NCBI GenBank assembly: GCA_003427395.1
Contig: BFEA01000012.1
Coordinates: 5,734,016-5,798,015 of the forward strand
Direction: 5' to 3'
DNA length: 64,000 nucleotides
Source: Chara braunii
Lineage: Eukaryota > Plantae > Charophyceae
Of this stretch, positions 38,749-50,449 are shown in pieces. The translations under genes and the position numbers were made by a program. Numbering within the stretch: the first letter of the stretch is position 1; every line of letters starts with the position of its first letter. Under the pieces are notes generated by a model. It was not told where the DNA came from, made no database searches, and was given only the letters and a program-made list of their open reading frames with translations.

Positions 38749-39728
38749 CGTCGAGTGTTGGAGCCATAGATAAACTAGAATAGATGATGGGAAGGAAAGT
38801 TTGGGATAAGATAGGTTTGATCTTACTAGGAGCTATGACTAATGCTAACTCACAATGTTATTTTTTAATAAGGATTATGAAGATTATCGCTAGTTCTAAC
38901 TGTCCGGTAAGTGTCAAAAGGTTAGTCCCAAGTATAGTTGTAAAAATAGCAGTCTCCTTTTCCTACGGGAAACGGTGCTAATCGTTTTACAAATCTGAAC
39001 GAGTTAGTTATTTTTTGGCTCGTGAAAATTATGAAAAGACACTTTTCCTACGGGAAGCGTCGCCGAATTTTATGAGACTTAAAGAGTTAGATTATTTTCT
39101 GCCTAGGAGAAACTTGGCAATCCATTGTGTTTAATGAGGGATGTTTCCAAAGTTATCGATAACTTCTAGTACCAAAATTCGAGGAAGATAAGAAAAAGGT
39201 TAGTAGAGGAGTTAGGGTGCGAAATGTAGCATGTCCTCCATTTGTTTTAAATGTAGTATTGATCCTTTATGACCTATACTGTGATGCATGTCTACGTGCT
39301 CGATTGAAGGTTCGACTCGTTCGACGTAATCCTACAAAGGATCACTCCTCTGTTATCCTTTGATAACATGTCAATTTACAACACGACTTACCTTTTTTGT
39401 ATCTCAACCTAAAACCTTAGCCCTTATGTGTATTTATATGCTCGTTGGGATTTTCACCCAAACTTCTTATATTTTTTTCCATTCCTTGATTGTTTCCTTA
39501 GGACAAAAAAAAAACAAAAAAAAAGCAACGTAAAAACGAAGAATACAAAAAACTGCCAACCAAAAATCCCCCTAAAAAAAAAAAACTTTTAATTTATTTT
39601 TCAATTTATTTTCTCCACCTTTTCTGCTTTTTATTTTTTATAATTCTAAAAACTTATCTGTTTCCAAAAAACAAATATGGGGTTGTAGGTATTAAAAATC
39701 CCTACAACCCCACATATATATATATATA

Positions 39729-39906
39729 ATTGGTTAAGGTAGATTATCATTTACAGTGTAATCAGTGAGGAGATTCTGCAGACTATTGAGGGTTCAGCCT
39801 CTTGATGAGTCGGTGAAACTCCAACGAAACAGTTTGTCACAGCCCCTCGTTTGTTGTCCTCTTCTCTCTCTCTGCCTATGGTTTTACCGGGCAGTTCTGT
39901 TTGTGA

Positions 39907-39909
<3 letters not shown>
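39729..39909 (+). mobile_element. ~180-bp hammerhead-carrying repeat flanked on both sides by (TA)n
   Basis: (ta)n-ttggttaagg..cagactattgagggttcagcctcttgatgagtcggtgaaactccaacgaaacagtttg..tgtgacga-(ta)n. Confidence 0.85.
39779..39836 (+). ncRNA. Type III hammerhead ribozyme, mutated copy (core UUGAUGA, stem mismatches)
   Basis: Differs from the 25778 copy at three positions, all transitions. Confidence 0.75.
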
Positions 39910-39948
<39 letters not shown>

Positions 39949-41130
39949 ATTATTTAATTCAGAAAAAATACGGCAAATTCACGTCCATGACGCGGACGAG
40001 ATCGGTCGTCGACGTGCCCGTATATATGGCCGCCCTCCGAGGTCGCCCCCGCTGTCATCACCAATACCCTTACAAGGGTAATTGTGTGTGGTTTTGCACC
40101 TCATAGGAGGAGCACTCTTGGTAGTGGCGTGCCTTTCGCTCAACCACGACTAATTAAGAAGTCAAAAGTGGCGGACGCGCGCATGATGAATTCAGAGAGT
40201 GTGTGGGCGTGCACTTAGTGGGCACGCGTTAGTTAGATAATTTTGATAAGAGTAAACAGTGGGTCGCTCGGGCAGTGCAAACTAGAAAAAGGTTAGAATC
40301 TTGAATAAACGCTGCGTGAGCCGCAACCTCGGACACGCTGACGAAGTCGCAACCAACGCAGAGTTTAATCATTGAGGCTACGTCTAGAGGAAAATTTTGT
40401 TTGACTCACTGAAAGACGGCATTCTGGGGTCGCATTATATGAAGTGCGGAAGTGCTAGGTTCGACCGTGCATTGTCGGTAGTAGAAGCCGTAGGGCGGAC
40501 CTTAGCTAGGCTGAAGTAGACTAGGTACGGTATGAGCAAAGACGGGTATTTCCAGCGCAACGGCAATAAGTGGGCAACCTTGTTACGAATGTGGCGGAAT
40601 AGGAAGGTCTTAGCCATTGATCGCAACATGACGAGGCTGCATGTAATGCAAGTCAAGCAGAGACTTGCCCTCCGACCAGCCAGCTTGACAGCGCGGGCCA
40701 TGAGCTCAAGCAATAAGCCAAGCAGCAGCCGTTGTGCACCGTCTGCAGGCCCAGGCTGACTGCAGCTACCATTCATATACAGGTCGGCGCACATCCAGTT
40801 CAGGCTTGGGCTTAGCCCTATTGGTTACTGCACTGGACTTTCAACATGCGGATCCCGGGATCAAGGCCAGCAACCAGCATTGGAGAAGTGGAGGAGCGCT
40901 ACGGAGCTAAACTGAGGGGTCGAGGGTCTCGTGAGATTATCCCCCTTAGTTTTGCTGGGGGATCCGACCGCGGCCCGCGAGGCAGGACCAAGTACCAACG
41001 GTTCCCCTCCCCTATCCGTTCTTCTAATTTTTATCTCTAAATTTTTAATTTTATTAATATTTTTATTTTTATTTTTTAGTCCCATTTGGGACGAGGTCCT
41101 GCGCCGGTACCAGGACCGCCCGTAGGCCCA

Positions 41131-41353
41131 AGAGCCTAGCTCAGTGGATACACCCATGAACCTTTGAGATACAGACCTATGTTCGAATCCAGATGATGGA
41201 ACTTGATGAGTCAAACCACATATTTTGAATTGCCTTGGGGCCGGTCAACTTGATTGCGATAGCTAGGGGCCGTCGGGTGGCCTATTCCTTCGGGACATCC
41301 GTTAAAATTGGAGCGATACAGAGAAGATTAGCACGGCCCCTGCGCTTAGGATG
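41131..41353 (+). mobile_element. tRNA-head + linker + U6 chimeric SINE-like element (copy 2)
   Basis: A box tagctcagtgg, B box gttcgaatcc, ~90-nt linker, then ttccttcgggacatccgttaaaattggagcgatacagagaagattagcacggcccctgcgc. Confidence 0.8.
41284..41353 (+). pseudogene. U6: U6 snRNA-derived sequence (5' ~70 nt)
   Basis: Contains the 5' stem-loop remnant, an intact ACAGAGA box and the AGC triad; 3' end missing. Confidence 0.9.
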
Positions 41354-44300
41354 GCTCGGAGGCTGGCTCGAGCGAAGTCATTTGACTTAGGCTCGACTAT
41401 AAAGTCTCACAGCCCACTGATAACCAGGTTGTTCGAGCATACAAACCTCGGCCGAATACGAACAGAGTGAGTGGGCGCATGCTCAGGAGGAAGGAGGAGA
41501 GGAAAGAGTGACGAAAGAGAAGGAAGTAGCAGGGGATTGACGAAGGAGAAGGCGAAGGGCGAGAACGCAGAGGTCATTATGTACGACTCCGTCTGCAGAT
41601 GAAGCAGTCTCCACCCTCAGGCCGCCATCGTTGAGACCTTCATGGTTGTGTCCGACGTCGGGGCCTCGATGGCGACAAGTGCAGCGCTGGGGGACACATT
41701 CACGTTTGCAGGATAATGCGCCCGACCATGTTCTAGCGTAAAGTTCATTCTCATTTTTTTGCGCGGCAGCAGAGCGTGGCCCATTACTGCTTAGCTCCAC
41801 CTCGCTGTCCCGATCGTCCCCGACAGGATCTCCATTGCCCACTGCTATTACGGGCGTTGTTGGGGTGTTCGTGTTTCGTTGCCAGAGGCGGGGTCAAGCG
41901 GCGGCTCTTCAGGCGCTACTCTTCGTGGTACTCGTCAACAGGGTCTTCGTGGTCGCATAACTTACATTCGTAATCCGGCTATCTGTCGATTTCGTCTAAG
42001 CGGTCACCGTGCTATGCTATCACCATCGCGCTCGTCAGCACCGTAGGGCACGAAACATACAACGCACCGGACCAGGTAAATGTGAAGGGACAGCGCATGA
42101 GAGAGCGGAGAACAAGTGTGGTTGTGCGCATGTACCGAGATACTTACCTGGCTAATTGGGAACTCACCGATGTTCCTGCGCGGGTCTGAAGACGTGCCTG
42201 AGGACGCTCCAAACAGGCGCATATATCCAACCGAACTCGGGCAAACGATTCGTTGAATTTGCTCATCGTGTCGGCGGCAAGGAGGCGCAACGCGAGCTGA
42301 AGGAGGAAAGCGGATTGAGAGTCAGGGTGCAGTGCAGTGATTCGAGCATTGCCCCTCGCAACCTACACCGTGAACCCGGTGCCTTTATCCACCGGAATTA
42401 GCATCACGGATGAGGTAAACAACTTGGTCGTCTCCAGGTTCACCAGTGAGCTGCTTCGCCTCCACAGCCGCCATCGCCGACATCACCAAGGCAATGTTGG
42501 CGGTTGTAGTTCTGGAACGCGTTGGCCATCATCTTCGCGGACTAGGCAAAATTCTGCTTTTTGGTTCGACAAGATCATGATGGGCTTTCCTTCTGAGCGA
42601 ACGGGCGCCTCCGTCGGCTTCTTGGCGTTCTTTTCCTTCGCATGAGTACTTGGGTATATTCTGGTGCAAGGTTCATCTCGATTTTGCTCACCTTGTCGGT
42701 AGCAGGGAGCCAGTCGCAGGGTTGGAGACTTGCCTGCGACTAGGTGCATTGCCATTTTTTTGGAGGTGACCGTCGAGGGGAGCGAGGGAAGGCAGTGTGT
42801 GAAGAAAGAGGAAAGGGAAGAGACTCCTGGCAAGTGTATCGGCACTGATTCAAGAGAAGAGCCAATCTGCGTGTCGGCGTGCGTAAGGAGCTCGATCGAT
42901 ATCCTGTTGGTCTTCGTCATTGGTGCTATAGTCGTACTATTCTTGTCCGTAGTGAAGGCTGTGCCCAAAAGGACAATGTATCTGCGTAGTTTCTACACGT
43001 ACGACTATCTTTCTTTTGTCTGGTTTTGACAGTTGCAGCAGGCAACTAAGCCGGTGGCGTATCTTCCCACGTACATGTGGAAGATTCGTTCTCATTTTGC
43101 ACAGTTGCCGTTGTTGCCTGCCTGACCAGTGGCTGTAGTAAGCTTCTCCGAATACTGGAGCTACATGGGTGCTGCTTAGTTTTTGTCCGCTGTCAGTGTA
43201 GACCAGTGTCAACTTCTCAGCAGAGCGAGCGGCCCTTTCCTTCAACTGGTGATTGAACTCCTCGAAAGTGGGCTGATTGTGTTGTTGTTCGGCTCTCGAA
43301 GTGCTACCACGCACAGCGGCGGTGCATCGCTGTACATTGCCGCATTGCTCAACAGACGCGTGTGCGGCTGCTGTATTTCTCCTATTCTCATATACTGTTG
43401 TTTTGCTGCCACGTGTACTATCGTTCGCAGTCACCATCTTAGCCATACTATAGGCCTACTGAGTCCGGCCTGCTGCTGTGTTTGAGCTATCGCTGCTGCT
43501 GTACATTCCGCTAGCCGTTAGTTGATACAGTTGGCTAGGGACTGCGACTGATATGCGCCTGAGTCGGAGACTGCTGCTAGTCGTTGCCAGGCAGCACTAT
43601 GAACCATCACCCGCCCTCTTTTGCGTTATTGAACCGCCAAGGACCCTCGCGACTGAGTGTTGTAGCTTATTGGAAGTCGCTGTCTTTTGGTCTAACATTG
43701 TTGCTGGCCTAGGTCCATAAAGAGTTGCTACTCCTCTTATGCGGATGGGACTCTCCTTCGAGCTAGTATTGACTGGTTCGCCAAGGGGACCGATAACTCA
43801 GACGGACGAGTGTGAAACTGCCAGTCTCGTCGGTGGGCACTGGGTTGCTGTTGTGGTCGGTACTCAAGCTTTTTGGGGTCACCTAGCAAAGGGCTATTGT
43901 TAAGCAGGGCACTGCCCCTCGTTGTACACTGTTGTTGAACAGGGCATTATTTCTTGTTGGACACCACTGCTGTGCAGAACGCTGTTCCTTGTTGTGCCCA
44001 GCAACAACATTGGTCTGAGAAAGGACGCTCTGAGGGAGGAGGGTTATTGAGACTTCTACAAGGGGTTACTGCTGCGGCTCGGAGAATCGTTAGGGTCTAA
44101 CTACTCTGCGTTTTGATTACGGGTCGGTTATCCTTGCTACGTATTTGGCCATCGTTGCGGGGCCCTCAGGAGTGGAAGACTACAAGGCCCTCTCCCGCAA
44201 GTCTGAGCGCATCCCTTTTGTATTTGAGAGTCTAAATACCTTATTTTTTTACCTTTCTCAGTCACAGTCTAGTCCTTTGGTGCTTAGAGGAAGGCGGCAG

Positions 44301-44729
44301 GCGGGATTGAAACCCGTAATCCGCGCCAAGGCCTCTATGGGAGGTTCGCCCCACCGATTGCGGGAGCTCTGTCGGAACCCAGGAGCGGTTCTGGAGGCAG
44401 GGAACTTCAGGTATAAGTTTCGTCTAACACGTGTGATCCTTTCCCCTAACTGTTATTCCTTTGGGTATCTTAATATAACTATGAAAGATTATTATTCTTT
44501 TGTTTTGTTACGAATGTCTGAACATGCTTGTGAAAGGTTAAAATAAACAAAAACATATGAGAGTTCAAATAATTTTTGAGTAAATTCAGACAAAGGAATT
44601 GGGGGGAAGGTGGGAAAGGAGTTTTGCATGATTTGACCGGGTCAACCCAAGGCTGGGCCCCTCCGGGTGGATGTGGGCCCAGTGCTATGTTTTATTGATG
44701 TTTGTTGGGCTGTGTGAATGACCCTTTTA

Positions 44730-45780
44730 TGGCTGGTCCTACCCGGGTAGTGAATCAATCGCTGTTTTTTTTTTAGGGTTTCTGAACAGGAGGACAGGCA
44801 CCGTGGGTAGGGAAGGCTCAGATTCCTGATGTTTCTCTTAATGAGTTTGAGGTGCGTGTTTTTTTCTGAGGGGGACAAAGGCATAAGACTAAGCGTACCC
44901 TAGGGTTAGGGCGGCTTAGCCATAAACCATGAATTAATTGGTCAACCAGAGTATAAAATCTTATATATATATATATATTATTGAACTTATATTTCTGACA
45001 GACCGGGCACCCTGGGTAGGGAATGTCAGTCAGTAAGTCAGGTAGAGATAGATGACGAATAAAAAAGAGGCAACCAGGCAGGCTGAACGTACCCTAGGGT
45101 AAGGGCGGTTCAGTCGTATGTTCGTGATAACATTAAGGAGCAGAGAATTAGTATAAATTTGTTTTTATTTTCCCTTCTAAACACGAGGCAGGATCGAAAG
45201 TTCCCTTAATTGGGGAGGTCCGATCGACTGCCTAACAAAAGAGAAAGGTTTAAAGTTTGTGCAAGTACATTTATGTCTGTTTCTATCTAACTGTTGTTAC
45301 GGAGGCTAAGCGTACCCTAGGGTTAGGGGGGCTTAGCCAAACGTCGTTGTACTTGTTTAGGCAGTTCAGACACACCCTAGGGTTAGGGCAGCCTGATCAC
45401 ATTGCCTTATGTAACTTAAATTGTTATTGCTAACTAGGCGTATCCTAGGGTTAGGGCGACCTAGCGATATGCCTCTGTCGTTAATGTGATGTAAGATGGA
45501 CGTACCCTAGGGTTAGGGCGGTCAAACTTTTTGTCGTTCGTGCTTATGTTCAGGCAAATTAGGCTTAACCCTGGGTAGGGATGGTCTAATGTTATACCAT
45601 ATGTAATTTTGTTCAGGGCAGGCTGGGCACACCCTAGGGTTAGGGCGGTCTGATCGTATGCTTTACGTATATTGTTCATGTTACGTTGGGCACACCCTAG
45701 GGTTAGGGCAGTCCAAATGTGCGGTTATTTAGGCAGGTCAGGCATACCCTTTAATTAGGGTGTGTCTGATCATATGCCAT
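44730..45780 (+). repeat. Array of ~14 stem-loops with conserved ACCCTAGGGTTAGGGC core and variable arms
   Basis: Cores at ~44897, 45091, 45314, 45374, 45443, 45504, 45568, 45631, 45694 and 45746; the flanks of each unit are mutually complementary. Confidence 0.9.
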
Positions 45781-46699
45781 AGGAAAGGGGGACTCAAAAA
45801 GGAAAATAATTGAGAGATGTAACGAACTACTTGGGCCAAACTCATGTGGGATTGTGAGAGATGCTTGTTTATGCATGCTCGTGGGCTCTCACTCTGGGGC
45901 GTCTTTTTCGATAGGTTAGCTGCTTAGATGCTCGCCAACTGCTGGAGACATAGGTAGATAAGATGGATGATGGGAAGGGAGTTTGGGATAAAGATAGGAC
46001 TGACCCTACTTAAAGATAGAATTGACGATAGCTCACGATACCATTTTCTGAAAGGGATCGTGTAAACTATCTCCAGTTATAACTACCAAGTAAGTGCCAG
46101 AAGTTAGTCCCAAGTATAACTTTGCTTTGTCTTTCTGTTTTCAGCTTTGTATAAATTTTGGCAGCCTCCTGTTTCTACGGGAAGCGCTACCGAAATTTTC
46201 ACAAATCTGAAAGAGTTAGTCATTTTTGGACTTTTAGGAATTTTAGGAAGACACTTTTCCTACGAGAAGCGCTGCCGAAATTTCGTAGAATTTGGGGAGT
46301 TAGAATATTTTTAAGAGGAACTTGGCAACCCACCCTGAATAGGGGAGATGCTGCCGAAATTCTCAGTGATTTACTATTAGTAAGGGAAACTAAACATAAA
46401 GGTTAGTAGATGAGCTAAGTTACGAATTGGAAAGTACTCTCCACTTGGCTTGAACATAGTAGTGGCGTTTTATTGGCATGTACTGTGATGGCAGGGTGTG
46501 AGCTGCAGAAGGCTGAAAAGTTGACCCCTTTAGTGTGTGCGCTGTCGTTTGAATTCTGTGTGTGATCGCAAGTATGTGTGGAGAAATCTCGATTGAGTTT
46601 TGATGAATGGTTGTGTCTTGAATTCAGATGGGCAAACCACACAACTGTCCTGAGAGTGAACTACCACACAACTCTTTGTTTGATTGAAATTGTCATTTT

Positions 46700-49460
46700 C
46701 CCATCTTGATATTGTGATAGTCAAAGTAGGCGTACGCTCGGATAACCCTCACAGGGCTATCCGACTACACGCTTACGTTCTCTCTTAGCTCTTTGGTTTA
46801 ATTGGTCGGACTTTAGTCCTGAACCTGGAATTCGAGGCCCTTGTCCAGGACATCCCAGTTTCTGGCCCCGCGCGAAAGGGTTTCCCCCACGCACAAGGCC
46901 TTTATGTCTTACCCCTCTGGGCACCCCGCCTTTCTATATCGCAAAGGGCTTGCCCTTCGTGATATTTCGATTCTGGCACATGAGTGTCGTGCGCATTGCT
47001 AAAGTTCGCGGAGGATCGAACAATTATGGGTAACGCACAAAGCGTCGCCATGACAACTGATCGAGGGGGTTCGCATAACTGAAAGGTATGAGTTTCCTCG
47101 CGTGCACGACTCTCTTATATAATTCTGTGTGCGGACTTCGCTTAGGGCTTGCGCAGAAACAGTTATGGGTCAAGCAGAAGGGACAAAAACACGTTGCGGT
47201 AAGTAAACCCGAGTTTTGGTAGTGCGAAATGTCGCGCGGACAAAGTACTAGTCCTAGTCAGCCTATGAGAATCCGCATACGAGGCTCCAACGTTTCAAAC
47301 GTCGGTTCACACATGGGTCTGATTTGGGCATTATCCGCACGCACCTTTCGTACTGACCTGCCCCTTTCCATTTAATAGGCCTATCAAGCTATACAAATTA
47401 GAATATGGGTTAGGCAGAAAGAAAAAGGGGGTGAGCCTCTTTTTCAATCTACGTTCGCTTCCTTTTTTAGTTTTCATAGTTGGACGTTGGAGTCCGTGGC
47501 AGCCGTCAAAGTCAAACCCCTTGACCTCTCCACATACCTCCGATGTTGGAGCTTGCCAAGAGAGCCAAGATTTTTGTTGTCACATCCCTGAGGCTGTCTA
47601 CTCAACCCCTCTCCACAGGGTGCAGAAGAGGGTAGGTCTTGTAACTGCACTTGCGATTGCCTAGCGTCAAGAGGATAACCCCACGAGACGTATGTCATCC
47701 GACACTTGAGTGTCGACGATGACCCTCAAAACTTCTGAGGGCCACCTGAGTTTGGGTACCACATAGTACTCCATCATTGCGACTGCTTGGGTAAACGTGC
47801 ATTGCGAGTCGATATGATAGAGCCCATGCCGCCGCGATATTTATTTTGGGCTTCGCGCACGACACTCATTTAATCCCTCAGCAAAAATTATGGGTTGGGT
47901 GAGAACAAGGGGCTAGGCGAGATCTACGAGTGAAACTTGGTTTCGTTTCATCTGGTATCATCGCGTGGTTAGAATAGCCGTCCTAGTCGACCGACGTAGG
48001 ATCTCGCTCGAGAGATCAACGCTTCGGGCGACGATTCGCGTGCAGGCTCGATTCGAGCGTTGACCGCACGTACCCCCTATGCTACAACGAACGAGAAACG
48101 CCCTCGGCCGGGCCACCTCTGCGATTGCACACGAAAAGTTTTCGCATGTGGTCTCGTAGCTCGGCGGGGATACGCCCACCCAAGTGATGGTAACAGCTCC
48201 CGCGAGTGGAGGTAAAGCAGTGCCTCGCGTGACCCCGTCCTGTCGTAGGGACTCGCAAGAGGTACGGCTGGCGCACTCGACCGGAGCGGCAATCCGCGCT
48301 CTACGATGAAGTCCTGCAAAATCCTGCGTGGCGCGGCCGGGAGGGTCCCCCTGTGGGACCGATGCGCACGACAGGACGCATCCGCGGGTGTTTTGAGCCG
48401 TCAAGGATTGAGGGGAAGAAAGGAGGAGAGGAGGGTGGTAGAATGAGAGAGAAAAATATGAAAAAGGTAAAGAAAAAAGTGAGAAATTAGTAAAAGACAG
48501 TAAGTGAAGAGAAAAGGAGAGAAAAAAATTGTGGAAAATGAGTGAAGAGTGAGAGATAAGAGAGAACAGTGAGAAGGTGGGGGGAAAAATAAAGAAAAAA
48601 GGAGAGGACAATGAGAGAGGGTGAAATATTAGTGGTGGAGTTCGAAAATGATAATGAGGAGAAGGAAGGAGAAGAGGAAGAGAGAGCTTATAAGTGTGAT
48701 ACCAAGCTCTTAGGGGACCAAAAACATAAAAATCACCAAGGTCCAATGAATCTTTCCCTTCAAGCAACTCCTTGGGTCTTCAACTGTTGCAAAAAACTGC
48801 AAGGCATAAAGGTCTGATCAGACTAATCGGATCTGCCAAATAGATGGTTTGGGAAAGATTTTGATATCTCAAACGGATACTCTTCACTTGTAGCGCGGTT
48901 CCAAGGGGTTTTTGTTTTTTTGGAAACTGTTGTTGTTAACTTGTGAGGCAATTGAGTATCATCATGCTTGATCAGATCTGCAAAAAAATAACAATAATAA
49001 TAATCTCCTTTTGTAGAGCAACCCCCAACCCGAGGGCTCTTCAAGTGTTGCCACGTGACACTCTAATGGCCAAAGAGGAGGAATACATTTTTTGCCAATA
49101 ACTTTTGATTTGTTGGGCGAAATTCGACAAAAAATGACTTGTTGGAAAGCTTTTGCAAAGCCGCTTTCAATGAGATATGACGCAACTTCAGCCGCGACCT
49201 GTAGAAATAGCGCTCGTCAAAAAACGAGCAAGCGGGATTTTGGAGATGTAAAAAAAAAAAAAATACGATTTTTGAACGATCGTAGCTAAAAAAACAGCGC
49301 ACAAAATTTGATAATCTATGACTCGTTAGAAACGGCTCGTCAAAAGTTTTCCAAATAAGCCAAAGATGAAAAAACATTGGACACTGGATGCAGAAGTTAT
49401 GATTGAAAATGTGCACCGGTGTCGTAATAAAAGTGAAGTGGCGAGCTTTTATACTCAAGC
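46700..49460 (-). mobile_element. LTR-like non-coding region (hairpin-rich part, TATA-like box followed by CT-rich tract)
   Basis: Minus strand cttataag (~48690) is followed by a 280-nt pyrimidine tract; ttggaaag..ctttc motifs recall plant Gypsy LTRs; termini not identified. Confidence 0.4.
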
Positions 49461-50449
49461 CACATGAGAAATGATGGGGGGGGTGGGAGGGGGAAAGGAG
49501 CAGGGAGAAACGTCTGCTCTAATACCAGTGTAACGGGTACTGCCTAAGGGACAATTTCCGTTTGTCTGTGGAGAAGGAAGAGAGAAGGAAGAAGGTGAAT
49601 ATGGAGATGGAGCTGGACAGGAGAAAGACAACACCAACAAAGACTCAACACGCACGTACTCCAAAAACATGCAAATGAAGAATGAATCAACAAACAGACT
49701 GCAGTTAGGGTATACCCTCAGCGGACTAACTGGGCTGACTGGTTTCGACAATTGTATCGGGCTGGACTGGACTGAATATCATAGGGCTTGTGGGGTCAGG
49801 CCACGACCTTGTTCCGCAAGTCGAACAGACAAAATAGCCAGATAGCCTCGACTCTAGGCCAGGGCAGCCCGAGGTACGTTGCAAAGATGGATTCCAACTC
49901 TCCTTTAATATCCCCCCACCTGTAATATTTTTTGTGGAACTCAACACGCCATATCCTCTCAGATGTGGAATCCTCTTCTCTTGAATCTCTCATTACAATG
50001 ACGGAACTTACAACAACGATTAACAACATGGCCAAAGGGAAATGCCCAGGCCCATACGCCTTACCGGTAGAATTTTATTACAGATTTTTGTCTCTTATAG
50101 CTCCTGACATCCTTTCGGTCTTTAACCAAATTTTCATGGACCATCCCCTCGACCCTTATACAACAAAAGGGATAATCACACTCCTCTATATGAAGGGAGA
50201 CATTTGTGATGTGAGGAATTACCGCCTCATTTCCCTTTTGAATGTCAATGGTAAAATACAAGCAAAAACCCTAGCCCGATGCATTAACCCCCTCCTCAAC
50301 AAGTGAGTACGTCATGACCAATCTGACTTTGTCCCAACGAGACATGTACTAGATAATGTCATGACTATCTCTCAATCCATAAATTAGATTAACACTCATA
50401 ACCTTAACAAAGATGTTGTTCTCATTGATTAACACAAAGCATATGACAG

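Larger units (their letters stand above)
32390..39714. mobile_element. Large uncharacterised element, copy A (possibly a non-coding part of an LTR retrotransposon)
   Basis: Collinear homology with 40030-46510 at several anchors (ccttacaagggta; tatcccccttagttttgct; ttgcggggccctcagga; ggaggcagggaac..caggtataa; hairpin array; ttcctacgggaa; tactgtgatg). No recognisable protein domain. Confidence 0.7.
39945..46510. mobile_element. Large uncharacterised element, copy B
   Basis: See copy A; starts right after the (TA)n tract; may extend into 46.5-49.5 kb. Confidence 0.7.

Noticed and set aside
44890-45720. Interstitial telomere or telomerase-template array (TTAGGG in the cores)
   Set aside because: Only single TTAGGG units inside hairpins; the paralogous array has CTAAGTTGG instead.
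45300-45780. CRISPR array
   Set aside because: Eukaryotic repeat context with no cas genes; the conserved core is only ~16 nt and the 'spacers' are paired arms.
47953-48710. tRNA-Met PBS or LTR ends at tggtatca / tgatacca
   Set aside because: Not followed by GAGC, and no matching LTR pair or TSD found.
49731-49750. Resemblance to a tmRNA 5' end (gggctgactggtttcgac)
   Set aside because: No matching 3' tRNA-like end or tag ORF; short chance match.
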